Part shown: positions 12,257 to 22,910 of the stretch, piece by piece
Layout: each line of letters begins with the position of its first letter
Numbering within the stretch: position 1 is the stretch's first letter
Origin: Bacteroidota bacterium
GTDB taxonomy: Bacteria; Bacteroidota; Bacteroidia; AKYH767-A; 2013-40CM-41-45
Reading direction: 5' to 3'
DNA length: 64,000 nt
Assembly: GCA_016708785.1 (NCBI GenBank)
Contig: JADJFC010000002.1
Coordinates: 512,308-576,307 of the forward strand
Program-made: the position numbers and the translations under genes
The notes under the pieces: model-generated
Told to the model about the DNA's origin: nothing
Databases searched by the model: none
Seen by the model: the letters and a program-made list of their open reading frames with translations, nothing else

Positions 12257-14013
12257 TTGCATATGGCCATTTTATATAAATTATCTGCATCAAATCCGAT
12301 TTCTCATTTTGTAGAAATTGAAATGCATATTACAAATATCGATAGCTCCGAAGTAACTTTTCAATTGCCTAGTTGGAGACCGGGTCGATATGAAATTGCG
12401 AATTTTGCTCGCAATCTTAGGAAATGGAAAGCCTACAACAATAAGAACGAAGTGCTGGCCTTCCGAAAAATCAATAAAGATAATTGGAGTGTTTCAACTG
12501 ATGGAGCAAATGAATTGATCATAAAATACGAATACTATTGTGCACAATTGGATGCAGGTGCTTGCTGGGTCGATGATGAACAAATCTACATCAACCCCGT
12601 TCATTGTTTCATGTTTATTCCGGAAAGAATTCATGAAGAATGTGTTCTTGAATTGTCCATTCCTTCGAATTACAGAATCGCTTCTTCATTGCAAAAGTCA
12701 GGCGAAAAAAGATTGTTAGCAGAAGATTTTGATGAATTGGTGGACAGTCCTTTTATCGCAAGTCCTACGTTGCAGGTAAAATCATATGAAGCCGGTGAAG
12801 TGAATTTTTCAATCGCAATTCAAGGCGATTCTCAACCTGATTGGCTGAGAATACTTGCAGACTTCAAAGCGTTCTCTGAAAAACAAATTGAGATCATGGG
12901 AAGTTTTCCTGTGGAAGACTATATCTTTTTAGTGCAAGTGCTGCCGAATCGTTTTTATCACGGTGTTGAACATCTTCGTTCTACTGTATTAGCACTTGGA
13001 CCGGGTTCTCAACTGATGAACGATGCATTGTATACCGATTTCATTGGTGTTGCTTCACATGAATTATTTCATGCATGGAATATTAAAACCATTCGCCCGA
13101 TTGAAATGATGCCTTATGATTATACAAAGGAAAATTATTCTCAATTAGGATATGTCTATGAAGGGGTAACTACATATTACGGTGATCAAATTCTAGCACG
13201 TGCAGATGTGTATTCTATCGATCAGTTTTTTGTTGAATTAAATATTCGTTTGCAAAAGCATTTTGATAATCCGGGCCGTTTTAATATGTCTGTTGCTGAC
13301 AGTAGTTTCGATACATGGCTTGACGGTTATGTGCCGGAGTGCCTGGAAGAAAAACATCCATCTACGACGAAGGAAGTTTGATCGCATTGATGACTGATCT
13401 GTTGATCCGAAAAAATACCGATCACAAATCATCACTCGATACTGTTATGCAAAATCTGTATAACGATTTCGGCAAAAAAATGCGCGGGTATACTGACCAC
13501 GATTATATTTCTCTCGTCAGTCATTGTGCTGGTGTTTCTATGGCTGACTTCTTTATTGACTTTGTTTACGGTACTGAAGACGATACTCCTTTATTAGAAG
13601 AAACTCTTGGCTATGCAGGTCTGGAACTTCACCAATATTCTTCGGCAATTGAATGTGAACGATTCTTCGGATTTAAAGTTATTGAAGATAGTCGATCTAC
13701 AAAAGTGACGGCTATCTTTCCTGAATCTCCGTCATTTAAAGCCGGTCTTGGAAAAGACGATGAGATTGTCGCTGTGAACGAGAAAAAAGTTGAAGAGAAT
13801 CTCCAGGAATTGCTATTCCTAAGTAGGGGAGAAAGATTAATTCTCACTGTACTTACTCCAATGAAACGTCTGAAAGATATTGCAATTGAAGGTGATTCTA
13901 AAGAGTATTATCCAAAATATGCAATTATAAAAAATATTAATGCAGATCAGGATCAACAACGGTTTTTTAAATCGTGGTTGGGAAAAGATTTTGACGAATC
14001 AAAAAGTCTATGA
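12257..14013 (+). CDS. M61-family (glycyl aminopeptidase-like) zinc metallopeptidase with a C-terminal PDZ domain. One frame break at about 13335-13338 (ORF pieces 12257-13381 and 13339-14013).
   Basis: HELFHAWN zinc motif and M61-type N-terminal domain. The downstream piece has a PDZ-like segment (FGFKVIEDSRSTKVTAIFPESPSFKAGLGKDDEIVAVN). Inserting one G in ccgga gives ..DGYVPGVPGRKTSIYDEGSL.. in frame. Confidence 0.75.
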
Positions 14014-14387
14014 AAAGAATAATCAAAACATCAAATGCGCCTGCACCTATCGGGCCTTATAATCAGGCAGTGGAAGTGAACGGAACGTTATATGTCTCCG
14101 GACAAATTGCCATCAATCCAGCCGATGGCCAATTGGTTATGTTGAATATCATTCGGGAAGCAACGCAAGTAATGGAAAATATTTCAGCAATCCTGAAAGA
14201 GGCCGGCTATACTTTTAGTGATATCGTGAAGACAACAATTTTCCTTAATGAGATGAATAATTTTGCAACCATCAATGATGTCTATGCAAATTACTTCACT
14301 GACAATTTTCCTGCTCGTGAAACTGTAGAGGTTTCCGGACTTCCTAAAAATGTCAATGTGGAGATTTCTGTTATTGCTGTAAAATAA
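14010..14387 (+). CDS. ridA: RidA/YjgF-family reactive-intermediate deaminase
   Basis: 125 aa; SNAPAPIGPYNQAVEVNGTLYVSGQI...TTIFL motif set typical of RidA. Confidence 0.85.
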   Translation: MKRIIKTSNAPAPIGPYNQAVEVNGTLYVSGQIAINPADGQLVMLNIIREATQVMENISAILKEAGYTFSDIVKTTIFLNEMNNFATINDVYANYFTDNFPARETVEVSGLPKNVNVEISVIAVK

Positions 14388-14892
14388 AAACCGAAGTGCC
14401 CCTCTAATTGGATTGCAAAGATTTGGGAAGATGTACCCAGCAACGGAAGAGGGTATATATTTTGCATCGGATTCAATGTAAAACAGTTGACAGGGAAATA
14501 TCGAAACTGCATTCTCGGAAGGGATAGTAGCGATATAGTAAGAATTCTTGGCAAGAAATATGGTTTGATGGCTCCCCTATGCTATGACTCTGCGAGGCAT
14601 TTTATGAACCTTAAAGTCGCAATGGAGTATATCATTCAAACACCTTTACGTGACGGATCTTCTCAAGGCTTATGTGGTTACTCACTTGTGATTGCAATTG
14701 ACTCTTTAAATAAAGTACGTTGTTTAACACTTCAGGATTTTAATTGTGTTGTTTTTAAAAAACACAATGGGAAAAATTTTATTTTTTTTTTTAAATTTTG
14801 TTTTTTTAAAATAAGTTTGCATGGAATTTCCAAAATATTAGTGAATTTAAAAATAGCATACTAATTATATTTAGTAAATTTTTTGTATTATC

Positions 14893-15486
14893 ATGGACAA
14901 ACTGAAAACAAATGCTTTGAAAATTCTTCTTCTCGATAATTACGATTCATTTACATTCAATCTTTTTCATTACCTGAATAAATTTGAATCAGATGTAGTT
15001 GTAAAACGAAATGATGAGATTGAATTAAAAGAAGTCGAAGCTTTTGATCGTATCGTTTTTTCTCCCGGCCCGGGTTTGCCAAAAGATGCCGGTAGTATGA
15101 TTGAAATTATCCGAAAGTTTTCTTCTGAAAAAAAAATGTTGGGAATTTGTCTGGGTATGCAGGCTATTTCTGAAGCTTTTGGTGGAAAACTTTATAATCT
15201 GCCAACGGTCCATCATGGTGTGGCTTTACCAACCAATATTGTCGATTCGAATGAGCCTTTGTTTTCCGGACTTCCTATAAGATTTAAAACCGGTCGTTAT
15301 CATTCCTGGTGCGTCGATAAAAATGATTTGCCGGCATGTCTTCGAATTACTGCTCTTGATAACAACGGTGAAATCATGGCCTTAAGTCATGAAAATCAGC
15401 TAATAAAAGGAGTTCAATTCCATCCGGAGTCAATTCTTACAGAATGGGGTAATGAATTGATATATAATTGGTTGTATAAATGTTGA
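14893..15486 (+). CDS. Class-I glutamine amidotransferase, anthranilate/aminodeoxychorismate synthase component II type
   Basis: ILLLDNYDSFTFNLFHYL, catalytic Cys in ICLGMQAI, HPESILTE near the C-terminus; 197 aa. Confidence 0.8.
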   Translation: MDKLKTNALKILLLDNYDSFTFNLFHYLNKFESDVVVKRNDEIELKEVEAFDRIVFSPGPGLPKDAGSMIEIIRKFSSEKKMLGICLGMQAISEAFGGKLYNLPTVHHGVALPTNIVDSNEPLFSGLPIRFKTGRYHSWCVDKNDLPACLRITALDNNGEIMALSHENQLIKGVQFHPESILTEWGNELIYNWLYKC

Positions 15487-15541
15487 TACAATAACATTTT
15501 GCGCTTTTTGAACGTATGTATGTGAATCTATTTTTACATAC

Positions 15542-17992
15542 ATGATAGTAATAAAATTCGGCGGCACTTCTGTCGCTAATGCACAACGCATCGAAGGTCT
15601 CGCTTCGATCGTAAATGATCTAAAACGAAAGCATAAAAAAATCGGTGTTGTCGTTTCTGCCTTAGGTGGAGTAACAGATGAATTGATAAAAATGAGTCGT
15701 CTCGCTGCAAAACAAGACGATGAATATATCTCAGTTTTCAGAGAGATCCGCGAACGTCATGTTAAAACAGTCCGCGAACTCGGCATGCATCGTGATAAAT
15801 CACTACATGATTTCTTAGAAAGTACGTTTGCTGAATTACATGATATTCTTCACGGAGTTTATTTAGTCCGTGAACTTTCGCCTAGAACATTGGATTTCCT
15901 AAGCGGACACGGTGAAGTTCTTTCTGCAAACATCATTGCTCACTATTTCAAATCGCAGAAAATGAGCGCAGCATTTTTAGATGCTCGCACGGTTGTAAAA
16001 ACAGATGAGAATTTCGGCTCTGCTCGTGTTGATTTCAGTGTGACCAATAGAAATATCCGTGAACATTTTAAAAAGTCGAAAAGCATAGAAGTCATTACCG
16101 GATTTGTCGCTTCAACCAATAAAAATGAAATGACAACATTAGGTCGTGGCGGTTCAGATTATACTGCTGCTATTTTTGGAGCTGCATTGGATGCTACACA
16201 AATTCAGATCTGGACGGATGTTGATGGAGTAATGACTGCCGATCCACGTAAAGTGAAAAAGGCGTTTTCTATTTCAGCTATGACCTATGAAGAGGCAATG
16301 GAAATGTCGCATTTTGGTGCAAAGGTTATTCATCCACCGACAATTCAACCGGCATTGGATAAGAAAATTCCGCTGGTGATCAAAAACACTTTTAAGCCGG
16401 AACATCCCGGAACATTTATATCGACACAATCATCTGACCCTGAATTTCTGATCAAAGGAATTTCATCGATCGACAATATTTCACTGCTAACAATGCAAGG
16501 TAGCGGTATGGTTGGTGTTGCCGGAATTTCTGCGCGATTGTTCAACTCATTATCACAAGCGAAAGTAAATGTGATCATGATCACGCAAGGTTCGTCTGAG
16601 CATACGATCAGTTTCGCCGTTAAGCCTGAAGATTCCATTCGTGCGCAGCAAGCCATTGAAGATTCATTTCTTCTTGAGATCCGTGCTCGAATGATTCAAA
16701 AGCCAAAAGTTGAAAATAATCTTTCCATCGTTGCTGTCATAGGCGAAAACATGAGAAATACTCCTGGTGTTTCCGGACGATTGTTCCAGGCACTTGGTAA
16801 AAATGGTATCAGCGTTGTCGCTACTGCTCAAGGATCGTCAGAATTAAATATCTCTACTGTCATTCATCGTCATGATCTTGACAAAGCTTTGAACTCACTG
16901 CATCAGGCATTTTTCTTGTCCGATGTGAAAACGCTTTCTGTATTTCTTGTGGGAACAGGTCTGATCGGAAAAACTTTAATAAAGCAAATTGCAAAACATA
17001 AAGAATATCTGAAAGCTTCACGATCACTGGAAATATCTATAGCAGGAATTTCTAATTCTCGTAAAATGATCTTTGATGCAGACGGAATTTCATTGAATCG
17101 TTATGCAGAAAATCTTGACAAAGGTGAACCGGCAGACATGGTTCAATTCGTTCAGGCAATGATTGGAATGAATTTGCCTCAATCTATTTTCGTCGATTGT
17201 ACTTCAAATGAAATTGTCGTAAAGCACTACGCTGAAATTATGGAGAACAGTATTTCTATTGTTACTCCGAATAAAATTGCGAATAGCGAATCGTATAAAA
17301 ATTATCAAAACCTTCGATCCATTGCAAAAAAGCGAAACGTACGTTTCCTTTATGAAACGAATGTAGGAGCAGGGTTACCTGTTATTAATACCCTTACCGA
17401 CTTACTAAATAGCGGTGATGAAATTCGCCGAATCGAAGCTGTCTTAAGCGGAACACTTTCATTTATCTTTAATAACTTTAATGAAGGAATTGAGTTTAGT
17501 GACATCGTTAAACAAGCCCAGGAAAAAGGATTTACCGAACCTGATCCACGTGTTGACCTTAGCGGTAAAGATGTTGCCCGAAAATTATTAATTCTGGCCC
17601 GTGAAACTGGAATGAAAATAGAAATGAAGGACATTCAGATCGAAGGAATTCTTCCTGCATCTTGCCTGAAAGCCGCTTCGGTTCCGGCATTCTTCGTCGA
17701 ATTGAAAAAGAATAATCATTTGTTCGAAGCAAGAAGAGCAAAAGCAGCAAAAGCAAATAAAGTATTGCGATTCATTGCAAGTTTAGATAAAGGTAAAGCA
17801 AAGATCAGCCTACAAGAAGTTGACTCTTCACATCCTTTCTACAATTTATCAGGCAGCGATAACATCATTTCATTTACCACAGAAAGATATACTGATCGTC
17901 CATTAGTAGTAAAAGGCCCCGGGGCAGGAGCAGAGGTTACAGCAGCCGGAGTGTTTGCAGAGATCATCAGTATTAGTAAATATTTTGAATAA
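15542..17992 (+). CDS. thrA: Bifunctional aspartokinase / homoserine dehydrogenase
   Basis: 816 aa; aspartokinase N-terminus MIVIKFGGTSVANAQRIEGL, ACT region, homoserine dehydrogenase C-terminal half (LVGTGLIGKTL...). Confidence 0.95.
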   Translation: MIVIKFGGTSVANAQRIEGLASIVNDLKRKHKKIGVVVSALGGVTDELIKMSRLAAKQDDEYISVFREIRERHVKTVRELGMHRDKSLHDFLESTFAELHDILHGVYLVRELSPRTLDFLSGHGEVLSANIIAHYFKSQKMSAAFLDARTVVKTDENFGSARVDFSVTNRNIREHFKKSKSIEVITGFVASTNKNEMTTLGRGGSDYTAAIFGAALDATQIQIWTDVDGVMTADPRKVKKAFSISAMTYEEAMEMSHFGAKVIHPPTIQPALDKKIPLVIKNTFKPEHPGTFISTQSSDPEFLIKGISSIDNISLLTMQGSGMVGVAGISARLFNSLSQAKVNVIMITQGSSEHTISFAVKPEDSIRAQQAIEDSFLLEIRARMIQKPKVENNLSIVAVIGENMRNTPGVSGRLFQALGKNGISVVATAQGSSELNISTVIHRHDLDKALNSLHQAFFLSDVKTLSVFLVGTGLIGKTLIKQIAKHKEYLKASRSLEISIAGISNSRKMIFDADGISLNRYAENLDKGEPADMVQFVQAMIGMNLPQSIFVDCTSNEIVVKHYAEIMENSISIVTPNKIANSESYKNYQNLRSIAKKRNVRFLYETNVGAGLPVINTLTDLLNSGDEIRRIEAVLSGTLSFIFNNFNEGIEFSDIVKQAQEKGFTEPDPRVDLSGKDVARKLLILARETGMKIEMKDIQIEGILPASCLKAASVPAFFVELKKNNHLFEARRAKAAKANKVLRFIASLDKGKAKISLQEVDSSHPFYNLSGSDNIISFTTERYTDRPLVVKGPGAGAEVTAAGVFAEIISISKYFE

Positions 17993-17997
17993 TAATT

Positions 17998-18945
17998 ATG
18001 GCAAAGAAATTTGAAAATAGTATCAATGTGTTTGCTCCGGCAACGGTTGCAAATCTTGCATGTGGTTTTGATGTCATGGGACTGGCAATTGATTCTCCTG
18101 GCGATGAAGTTCATGTTGAATTCAATCGCAACAAAGAAATTCGCATTCGTAAGATCTCCGGCGATGGTGGGAAACTCTCGCTCGATCCCCAAAAGAATAC
18201 AGCTGCAGTTTCCATTCAATCATTGATCGACGATTTGCATATCGATCAGGGATTTGATATTTACATCAAGAAAAAAATGCCGCTTGGTAGTGGATTAGGA
18301 TCAAGTGCCGCAAGTTCAGTAGCCGGAGTTTTTGCTGCAAATGAACTACTCGGTCGTCCTTATTCCCGACGTGAATTGGTTCCGTTTGCTATGGAAGGCG
18401 AACGAATTGCATGTGGCTCTGCTCATGCTGACAATGTTGCTCCGTCAATGATGGGAGGAATTGTTTTGATCCGTTCGTATTCTCCACTAGACATTATTTC
18501 ACTTCCTGCTCCGAAAAATCTGATGATCGTTGTTGTGCATCCGCAAGTGGAAGTGCTGACAAAAGATTCCCGTGCTGTTCTTCCTAGGAAAATTGATATG
18601 TCAACCGGAATTGCGCAATGGGCAAATACTGCAGCACTGACTGCGGGATTATATAGCAATGATTTCGATCTGATCGCACGCTCCGTAGTAGATCATGTTG
18701 CTGAACCATTCCGTGCTTCATTGATCCCGCATTTTGAAGACGTAAAAAGCGCAGCGCTTTTCTCAGGAGCCTTAGCGTGTAGCATCAGCGGCTCCGGACC
18801 TTCAATTTTCGCATTTGCTGAAGGTAAAAAAGCAGCCAAAGAAATTGCATACGGAATGCAAATGCAATTCAAAAAGAATAAAATAAAGAATACTGCCTAT
18901 ATCTCTTCTGTAAATACGAAGGGCGTAATTAAATTGAAAGCATAA
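17998..18945 (+). CDS. thrB: Homoserine kinase
   Basis: GHMP kinase motif PLGSGLGSSAASSVAG; N-terminal PATVANLACGFDVMGLAI; operon position between thrA and thrC. Confidence 0.9.
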   Translation: MAKKFENSINVFAPATVANLACGFDVMGLAIDSPGDEVHVEFNRNKEIRIRKISGDGGKLSLDPQKNTAAVSIQSLIDDLHIDQGFDIYIKKKMPLGSGLGSSAASSVAGVFAANELLGRPYSRRELVPFAMEGERIACGSAHADNVAPSMMGGIVLIRSYSPLDIISLPAPKNLMIVVVHPQVEVLTKDSRAVLPRKIDMSTGIAQWANTAALTAGLYSNDFDLIARSVVDHVAEPFRASLIPHFEDVKSAALFSGALACSISGSGPSIFAFAEGKKAAKEIAYGMQMQFKKNKIKNTAYISSVNTKGVIKLKA

Positions 18946-18955
18946 CATCATTCCC

Positions 18956-20257
18956 GTGAAATATTTTTCTACTAAAAATAAAATTGTTGCATATAGTCTT
19001 GAAGAGGCTGTGTTAATGAGTTTACCTCCTGACAATGGTTTGTTCATGCCGGAGAAGATCCCTCAGCTTCGTCCTGAATTCATCGCTAATCTCAAGAATG
19101 AGAATGTTGCATCAATTGGTTATGAAATTAGCAAGACATTACTTGGCGATGATATTCCTCATGATGTCTTGAAAAAGATCTGCAACGAAGCATTCAGTTT
19201 TCCTGTTAACGTTGTGAATGTCCATAACAACACCTATGTATGTGAATTGTTTCACGGACCAACTCTTGCATTTAAAGATTTTGGTGCGCGGTTTATGTCG
19301 CGTGTTATGTCGTATCTGAATCGCAAGCATACTACGCCTTTAACCATTCTTGTCGCTACATCAGGTGATACCGGTGGAGCAGTAGCTGATGGATTTCATA
19401 ATGTAGAAGGTATCGAAGTATACATCCTTTATCCGTCAGGTGGCGTAAGTGAATTGCAGGAAAAACAATTGACTACCTATGGAAATAACATCCATGCTAT
19501 TGAAGTAAAAGGAACGTTTGATGATTGCCAGCATTTAGTTAAGCAAGCATTTCTTGATCCGAAGTTGAATGATGTCTACAGACTTGCTTCTGCAAATAGT
19601 ATCAATATCGCCCGATTGATTCCCCAGACAGTTTATTATTTCGAAGCATTCAGAAAATTGGCTTCGAAAGAAAATGTTGTCTTCGTAGTGCCAAGCGGAA
19701 ATTTTGGAAATCTTACTGCAGGATTGATCGCTCGTAAAATGGGTTTACCGGTTGAACATTTTGTCGCGGCAACAAATATCAACAATGTTGTTCCTGAATA
19801 TTTAAGTAAAGGTGAATATACACCACGTCCAAGTCAGGCTACAATTTCAAATGCAATGGATGTCGGTAATCCGAGTAACTTTCCACGTATGATAGAACTG
19901 TTTGGCAACAGCTGGACAGACATGAAAAGTTCTATCAACGGATATAGTTTTTCTGATGATGAAACAAAAGAGATCATGAAAGATGTCTATGAAAAATTCG
20001 GTTACATTCTTGATCCTCATGGAGCAGTTGCTTATCTTGGTTGGTTAGCATATCAAATAGAAAATCCTGATAGCATCGGAGTAATTTTAGAGACAGCTCA
20101 CCCTGCAAAATTCGGTGATAGTGTAGAGAAGGCTCTTGGTCGCAAGATCGACATCCCTGAAGCTTTGGAATGCTTGAGAAACAAAAAGAAAGTAGCTGAT
20201 TTTATACAAGCTGATTATGAAGAGTTTAAGGCCTTTTTGTTAGCTAAAAAACGCTAA
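18956..20257 (+). CDS. thrC: Threonine synthase
   Basis: PLP-lysine region FHGPTLAFKDFGARFM; 433 aa; follows thrB. Confidence 0.9.
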   Translation: MKYFSTKNKIVAYSLEEAVLMSLPPDNGLFMPEKIPQLRPEFIANLKNENVASIGYEISKTLLGDDIPHDVLKKICNEAFSFPVNVVNVHNNTYVCELFHGPTLAFKDFGARFMSRVMSYLNRKHTTPLTILVATSGDTGGAVADGFHNVEGIEVYILYPSGGVSELQEKQLTTYGNNIHAIEVKGTFDDCQHLVKQAFLDPKLNDVYRLASANSINIARLIPQTVYYFEAFRKLASKENVVFVVPSGNFGNLTAGLIARKMGLPVEHFVAATNINNVVPEYLSKGEYTPRPSQATISNAMDVGNPSNFPRMIELFGNSWTDMKSSINGYSFSDDETKEIMKDVYEKFGYILDPHGAVAYLGWLAYQIENPDSIGVILETAHPAKFGDSVEKALGRKIDIPEALECLRNKKKVADFIQADYEEFKAFLLAKKR

Positions 20258-20301
20258 TACCATTTCTGTTTAAATCGAAAAATGGTGTAAATTGCCCCTG
20301 T

Positions 20302-21249
20302 ATGGGAGAAAATATACCTTCGAATAGAAATGAGTCTGTTGTTTGCGTTGGCGCATCATTAGTTGATCTGACATTCAGATGTGATGCAACGCCTGTTTTA
20401 AATACTTCCAATCCCGCGACAATGCATCGCAGTCCGGGTGGCGTTGTGAGAAATATTGCGCATCATTTATCACTCCTCAATATTCCTGTTGAACTCATAA
20501 CTGTTCTCGGCGATGATCCCGATGGGCATTGGTTATCTAAGCAGTGTACGGACATTGGTATTTCCATGAAAGGTACTGTCTGGCTCGATAAACCAACAGG
20601 AACGTTTGCTTCGATTGCAACGCCTGCAGGCGATCTTCACATCGGTGCAGTAAGTTCGGAAACGGACGTAATGTTGAACACCGATTTTTTGCAAAGTCGT
20701 TCGGAGATAATTTTGAATGCTTCTGTAGTTGTTGCAGATTGTAATTTGTCAGTGAATGCTTTAAAATGGCTGATCAAATTCTGCAATGAGAACGATGTAC
20801 CATTGATTATAGAAACTGTTTCTGTGCCAAAAGCATCACGATTAAGAGATGCTTTACCAGGAAAACTATTGCTAGTAAAACCAAATCGTGAAGAGCTTGC
20901 CGTATTTGAGCATGATGCTCACGTTACACCTGAAGAAAAAATTGCTCACCTGCACATGCTTGGATTCAAAAATGTATGGCTGAGTCGTGGTGCTGATGGA
21001 TCTTTGTTTTCAGATGGAAATACTATTTCATCTATTCCTGCTCCTCGTGTTCATGTGAAAGATGTGAATGGTGCCGGTGATGCATTACTGGCAGGATGGA
21101 TCTGGGCTTGGCTTCAGGATAAATCGGTGAAAGACTGTATTATGTACGGACAGTCTGCAGCATCCTGTTTACTTGAAGTTTTCGGTGCGATCAGAAATGA
21201 TCTTTCACCTGCATTGTTAGAAGAAAAACTTTCATTACAACAAAAATGA
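20302..21249 (+). CDS. psuK: PfkB-family carbohydrate kinase, probably pseudouridine kinase. Its stop overlaps the psuG start.
   Basis: Ribokinase-like fold signatures (GGVVRNIAHHLSLLN, NGAGDALLAGW) and a 4-nt overlap with the pseudouridine-5'-phosphate glycosidase gene. Confidence 0.6.
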   Translation: MGENIPSNRNESVVCVGASLVDLTFRCDATPVLNTSNPATMHRSPGGVVRNIAHHLSLLNIPVELITVLGDDPDGHWLSKQCTDIGISMKGTVWLDKPTGTFASIATPAGDLHIGAVSSETDVMLNTDFLQSRSEIILNASVVVADCNLSVNALKWLIKFCNENDVPLIIETVSVPKASRLRDALPGKLLLVKPNREELAVFEHDAHVTPEEKIAHLHMLGFKNVWLSRGADGSLFSDGNTISSIPAPRVHVKDVNGAGDALLAGWIWAWLQDKSVKDCIMYGQSAASCLLEVFGAIRNDLSPALLEEKLSLQQK

Positions 21250-22151
21250 GTTTCCCTCTCCATTTCTCAGCAGAAGTAAAAGCAGCAATTGAAAATAAAA
21301 AACCAATTGTCGCACTTGAGTCTACGATCATTTCTCATGGGATGCCTTATCCGAAGAATGTTGCCACTGCACGCGAAGTAGAAAAGATCGTTCGTGCCAA
21401 TGGTGCAATACCTGCAACAATTGCAATTCTCAATGGAAACATTCACGTCGGTCTCGATGATGATCAAATGGAATTATTGGGCAATTCAAAAGGCGTATGG
21501 AAAGTTAGTTTGCGTGATTTACCATATGTCGTTTCACAAAAATTAAATGGCGCAACAACAGTAGCAGCCACCATGCGAATAGCATCCTTGGCCGGAATAA
21601 AAATATTTGTCACCGGTGGAATAGGAGGAGTGCATCGCGGAGCAGAAACAACAATGGACATTTCTGCTGACCTCACAGAAATGGCTCAGACAAATGTTGC
21701 AGTAGTTTCCGCCGGTGTAAAATCAATTCTCGATATTGGACTCACCTTAGAATATTTAGAAACACTCGGCGTGCCGGTTGTTACATTCGGTAGTCCGGAT
21801 TTCCCAAGTTTCTATTCACGCAAAAGCGGTTTCGCGACACCGTTACAATTAAATACTCCCAAAGACATCGCTGCACTTTTAGAAGCAAAATGGGAAATGG
21901 GATTAAATGGATCGGTGATGATTGCAAATCCAATTCCAGCCGATAAAGAATATCCTTTTGAAAAAATGGAAGGATTTATTCAATCTGCCTTGAAGGCTGC
22001 CGATGATAAAAACATAACCGGTAAGGAAACAACGCCATTCATTTTGAAATTTATTGCAGATGCTACAGGTGGAGAAAGTTTGGAGTCGAATATTGCATTG
22101 GTGTTTAATAATGCGGTGTTGGGTGCGAGGATTGCTGTCGCACTAAACTAA
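21246..22151 (+). CDS. psuG: Pseudouridine-5'-phosphate glycosidase
   Basis: 301 aa; ESTIISHGMPYPKNVATAREVEKIVRANGAIPATIAILNG and GGIGGVHRGAE motifs characteristic of PsuG (IndA family). Confidence 0.85.
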   Translation: MSFPLHFSAEVKAAIENKKPIVALESTIISHGMPYPKNVATAREVEKIVRANGAIPATIAILNGNIHVGLDDDQMELLGNSKGVWKVSLRDLPYVVSQKLNGATTVAATMRIASLAGIKIFVTGGIGGVHRGAETTMDISADLTEMAQTNVAVVSAGVKSILDIGLTLEYLETLGVPVVTFGSPDFPSFYSRKSGFATPLQLNTPKDIAALLEAKWEMGLNGSVMIANPIPADKEYPFEKMEGFIQSALKAADDKNITGKETTPFILKFIADATGGESLESNIALVFNNAVLGARIAVALN

Positions 22152-22295
22152 AATTCCGATAATCGTAAATGTCACTTTCTTTGTGTTTTTCTCCCGCTGA
22201 TCTCGCTGATTTTGCGCAGATAAAAGGAAGATTCTTAAATTCAAAGTTGGTAGTGTTTTTCAACTCTTATTTTATTGTTTGCAGCGTTGCCAGCA

Positions 22296-22361
22296 GTCGA
22301 AGATTTACCTGAAGCTAGGCGGAATTTTAAAATTCCGCCTAGCTTCAGGTAAATCTTCGAC
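22296..22361. repeat. Perfect 66-bp palindrome (33-bp arms, no spacer) between psuG and ssrA
   Basis: GTCGAAGATTTACCTGAAGCTAGGCGGAATTTT | AAAATTCCGCCTAGCTTCAGGTAAATCTTCGAC, read directly; no mismatches. Confidence 0.9.
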
Positions 22362-22425
22362 AAGTAATATGCAAACCTACAAACCAATAAAATTCCTTAC
22401 CTTTGACGCACTAACTAATTAACCT

Positions 22426-22790
22426 GGGGCTGCCCGGATTTGACAGCGGGTGAAATTGGTATGTAAGCATGTCGAGGGTCGGGAGTAAGCCTCGTAAAAC
22501 ACGGTTCCCAAATGCCTAAATGGCAACAACAATTACGCGTTAGCCGCTTAATCAGAAGATTAATCCGCTTTCTACCTTTTGAGAACCTGTTCACCCGTTT
22601 TCATGATTAAGGTATCGTATGGTGAATGCTCTCTGATGATGTTTCCTGCATCAGGTCTAAGATTCAAGGAAAATACGTTGGATGATAGCGCGTGTTTAGC
22701 AGTCATTCCGCCGACAATCAATAAACACTAAACATGTAGAAAGCGTATTGATTGCTTGTCTGGACGAGGGTTCAACTCCCTCCAGCTCCA
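22426..22790 (+). ncRNA. ssrA: tmRNA (transfer-messenger RNA)
   Basis: 5' GGGGCTG...GATTTGACAGCGGG tRNA-like start. Internal tag ORF GGC AAC AAC AAT TAC GCG TTA GCC GCT TAA = (A)GNNNYALAA* at 22522-22551. 3' T-arm and acceptor GGACGAGGGTTCAACTCCCTCCAGCTCCA pairs with the 5' end; the CCA is not encoded. Confidence 0.85.
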
Positions 22791-22825
22791 CAAAACCCCG
22801 CAGGGGATTTGAACTTTAATCTTAA

Positions 22826-22878
22826 ACCTAAACTTAAACTTCCTTTCAAAGAAGTGTTGGTTTAGGTTTTTTTGTTTA
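22826..22878 (+). terminator. Hairpin plus T-run downstream of ssrA
   Basis: AAACCTAAAC ... GTTTAGGTTT followed by T7. Confidence 0.45.
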
Positions 22879-22910
22879 TGTTAAAGTTTAAGCAACGTCT
22901 ACGCAAATCA

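Noticed and set aside
14395-14460. Possible SRP (4.5S) RNA because of CGGAAG and a GC hairpin
   Set aside because: The conserved domain-IV sequence (..GGUCCGGAAGGAAGCAGCC..) with its symmetric loops is not present. Only a generic hairpin is seen.
14487-14864. 125-aa ORF in the thr-upstream intergenic region
   Set aside because: Low-complexity C-terminus (FIFFFKFCFFK) encoded by the A/T homopolymer tract. No motif and no ribosome-binding context. More likely non-coding leader sequence.
22800-22910. tRNA gene near ssrA or elsewhere in intergenic regions
   Set aside because: No cloverleaf-compatible sequence (GTTC..A T-loop with matching acceptor stem) was found apart from the tRNA-like domain of tmRNA itself.
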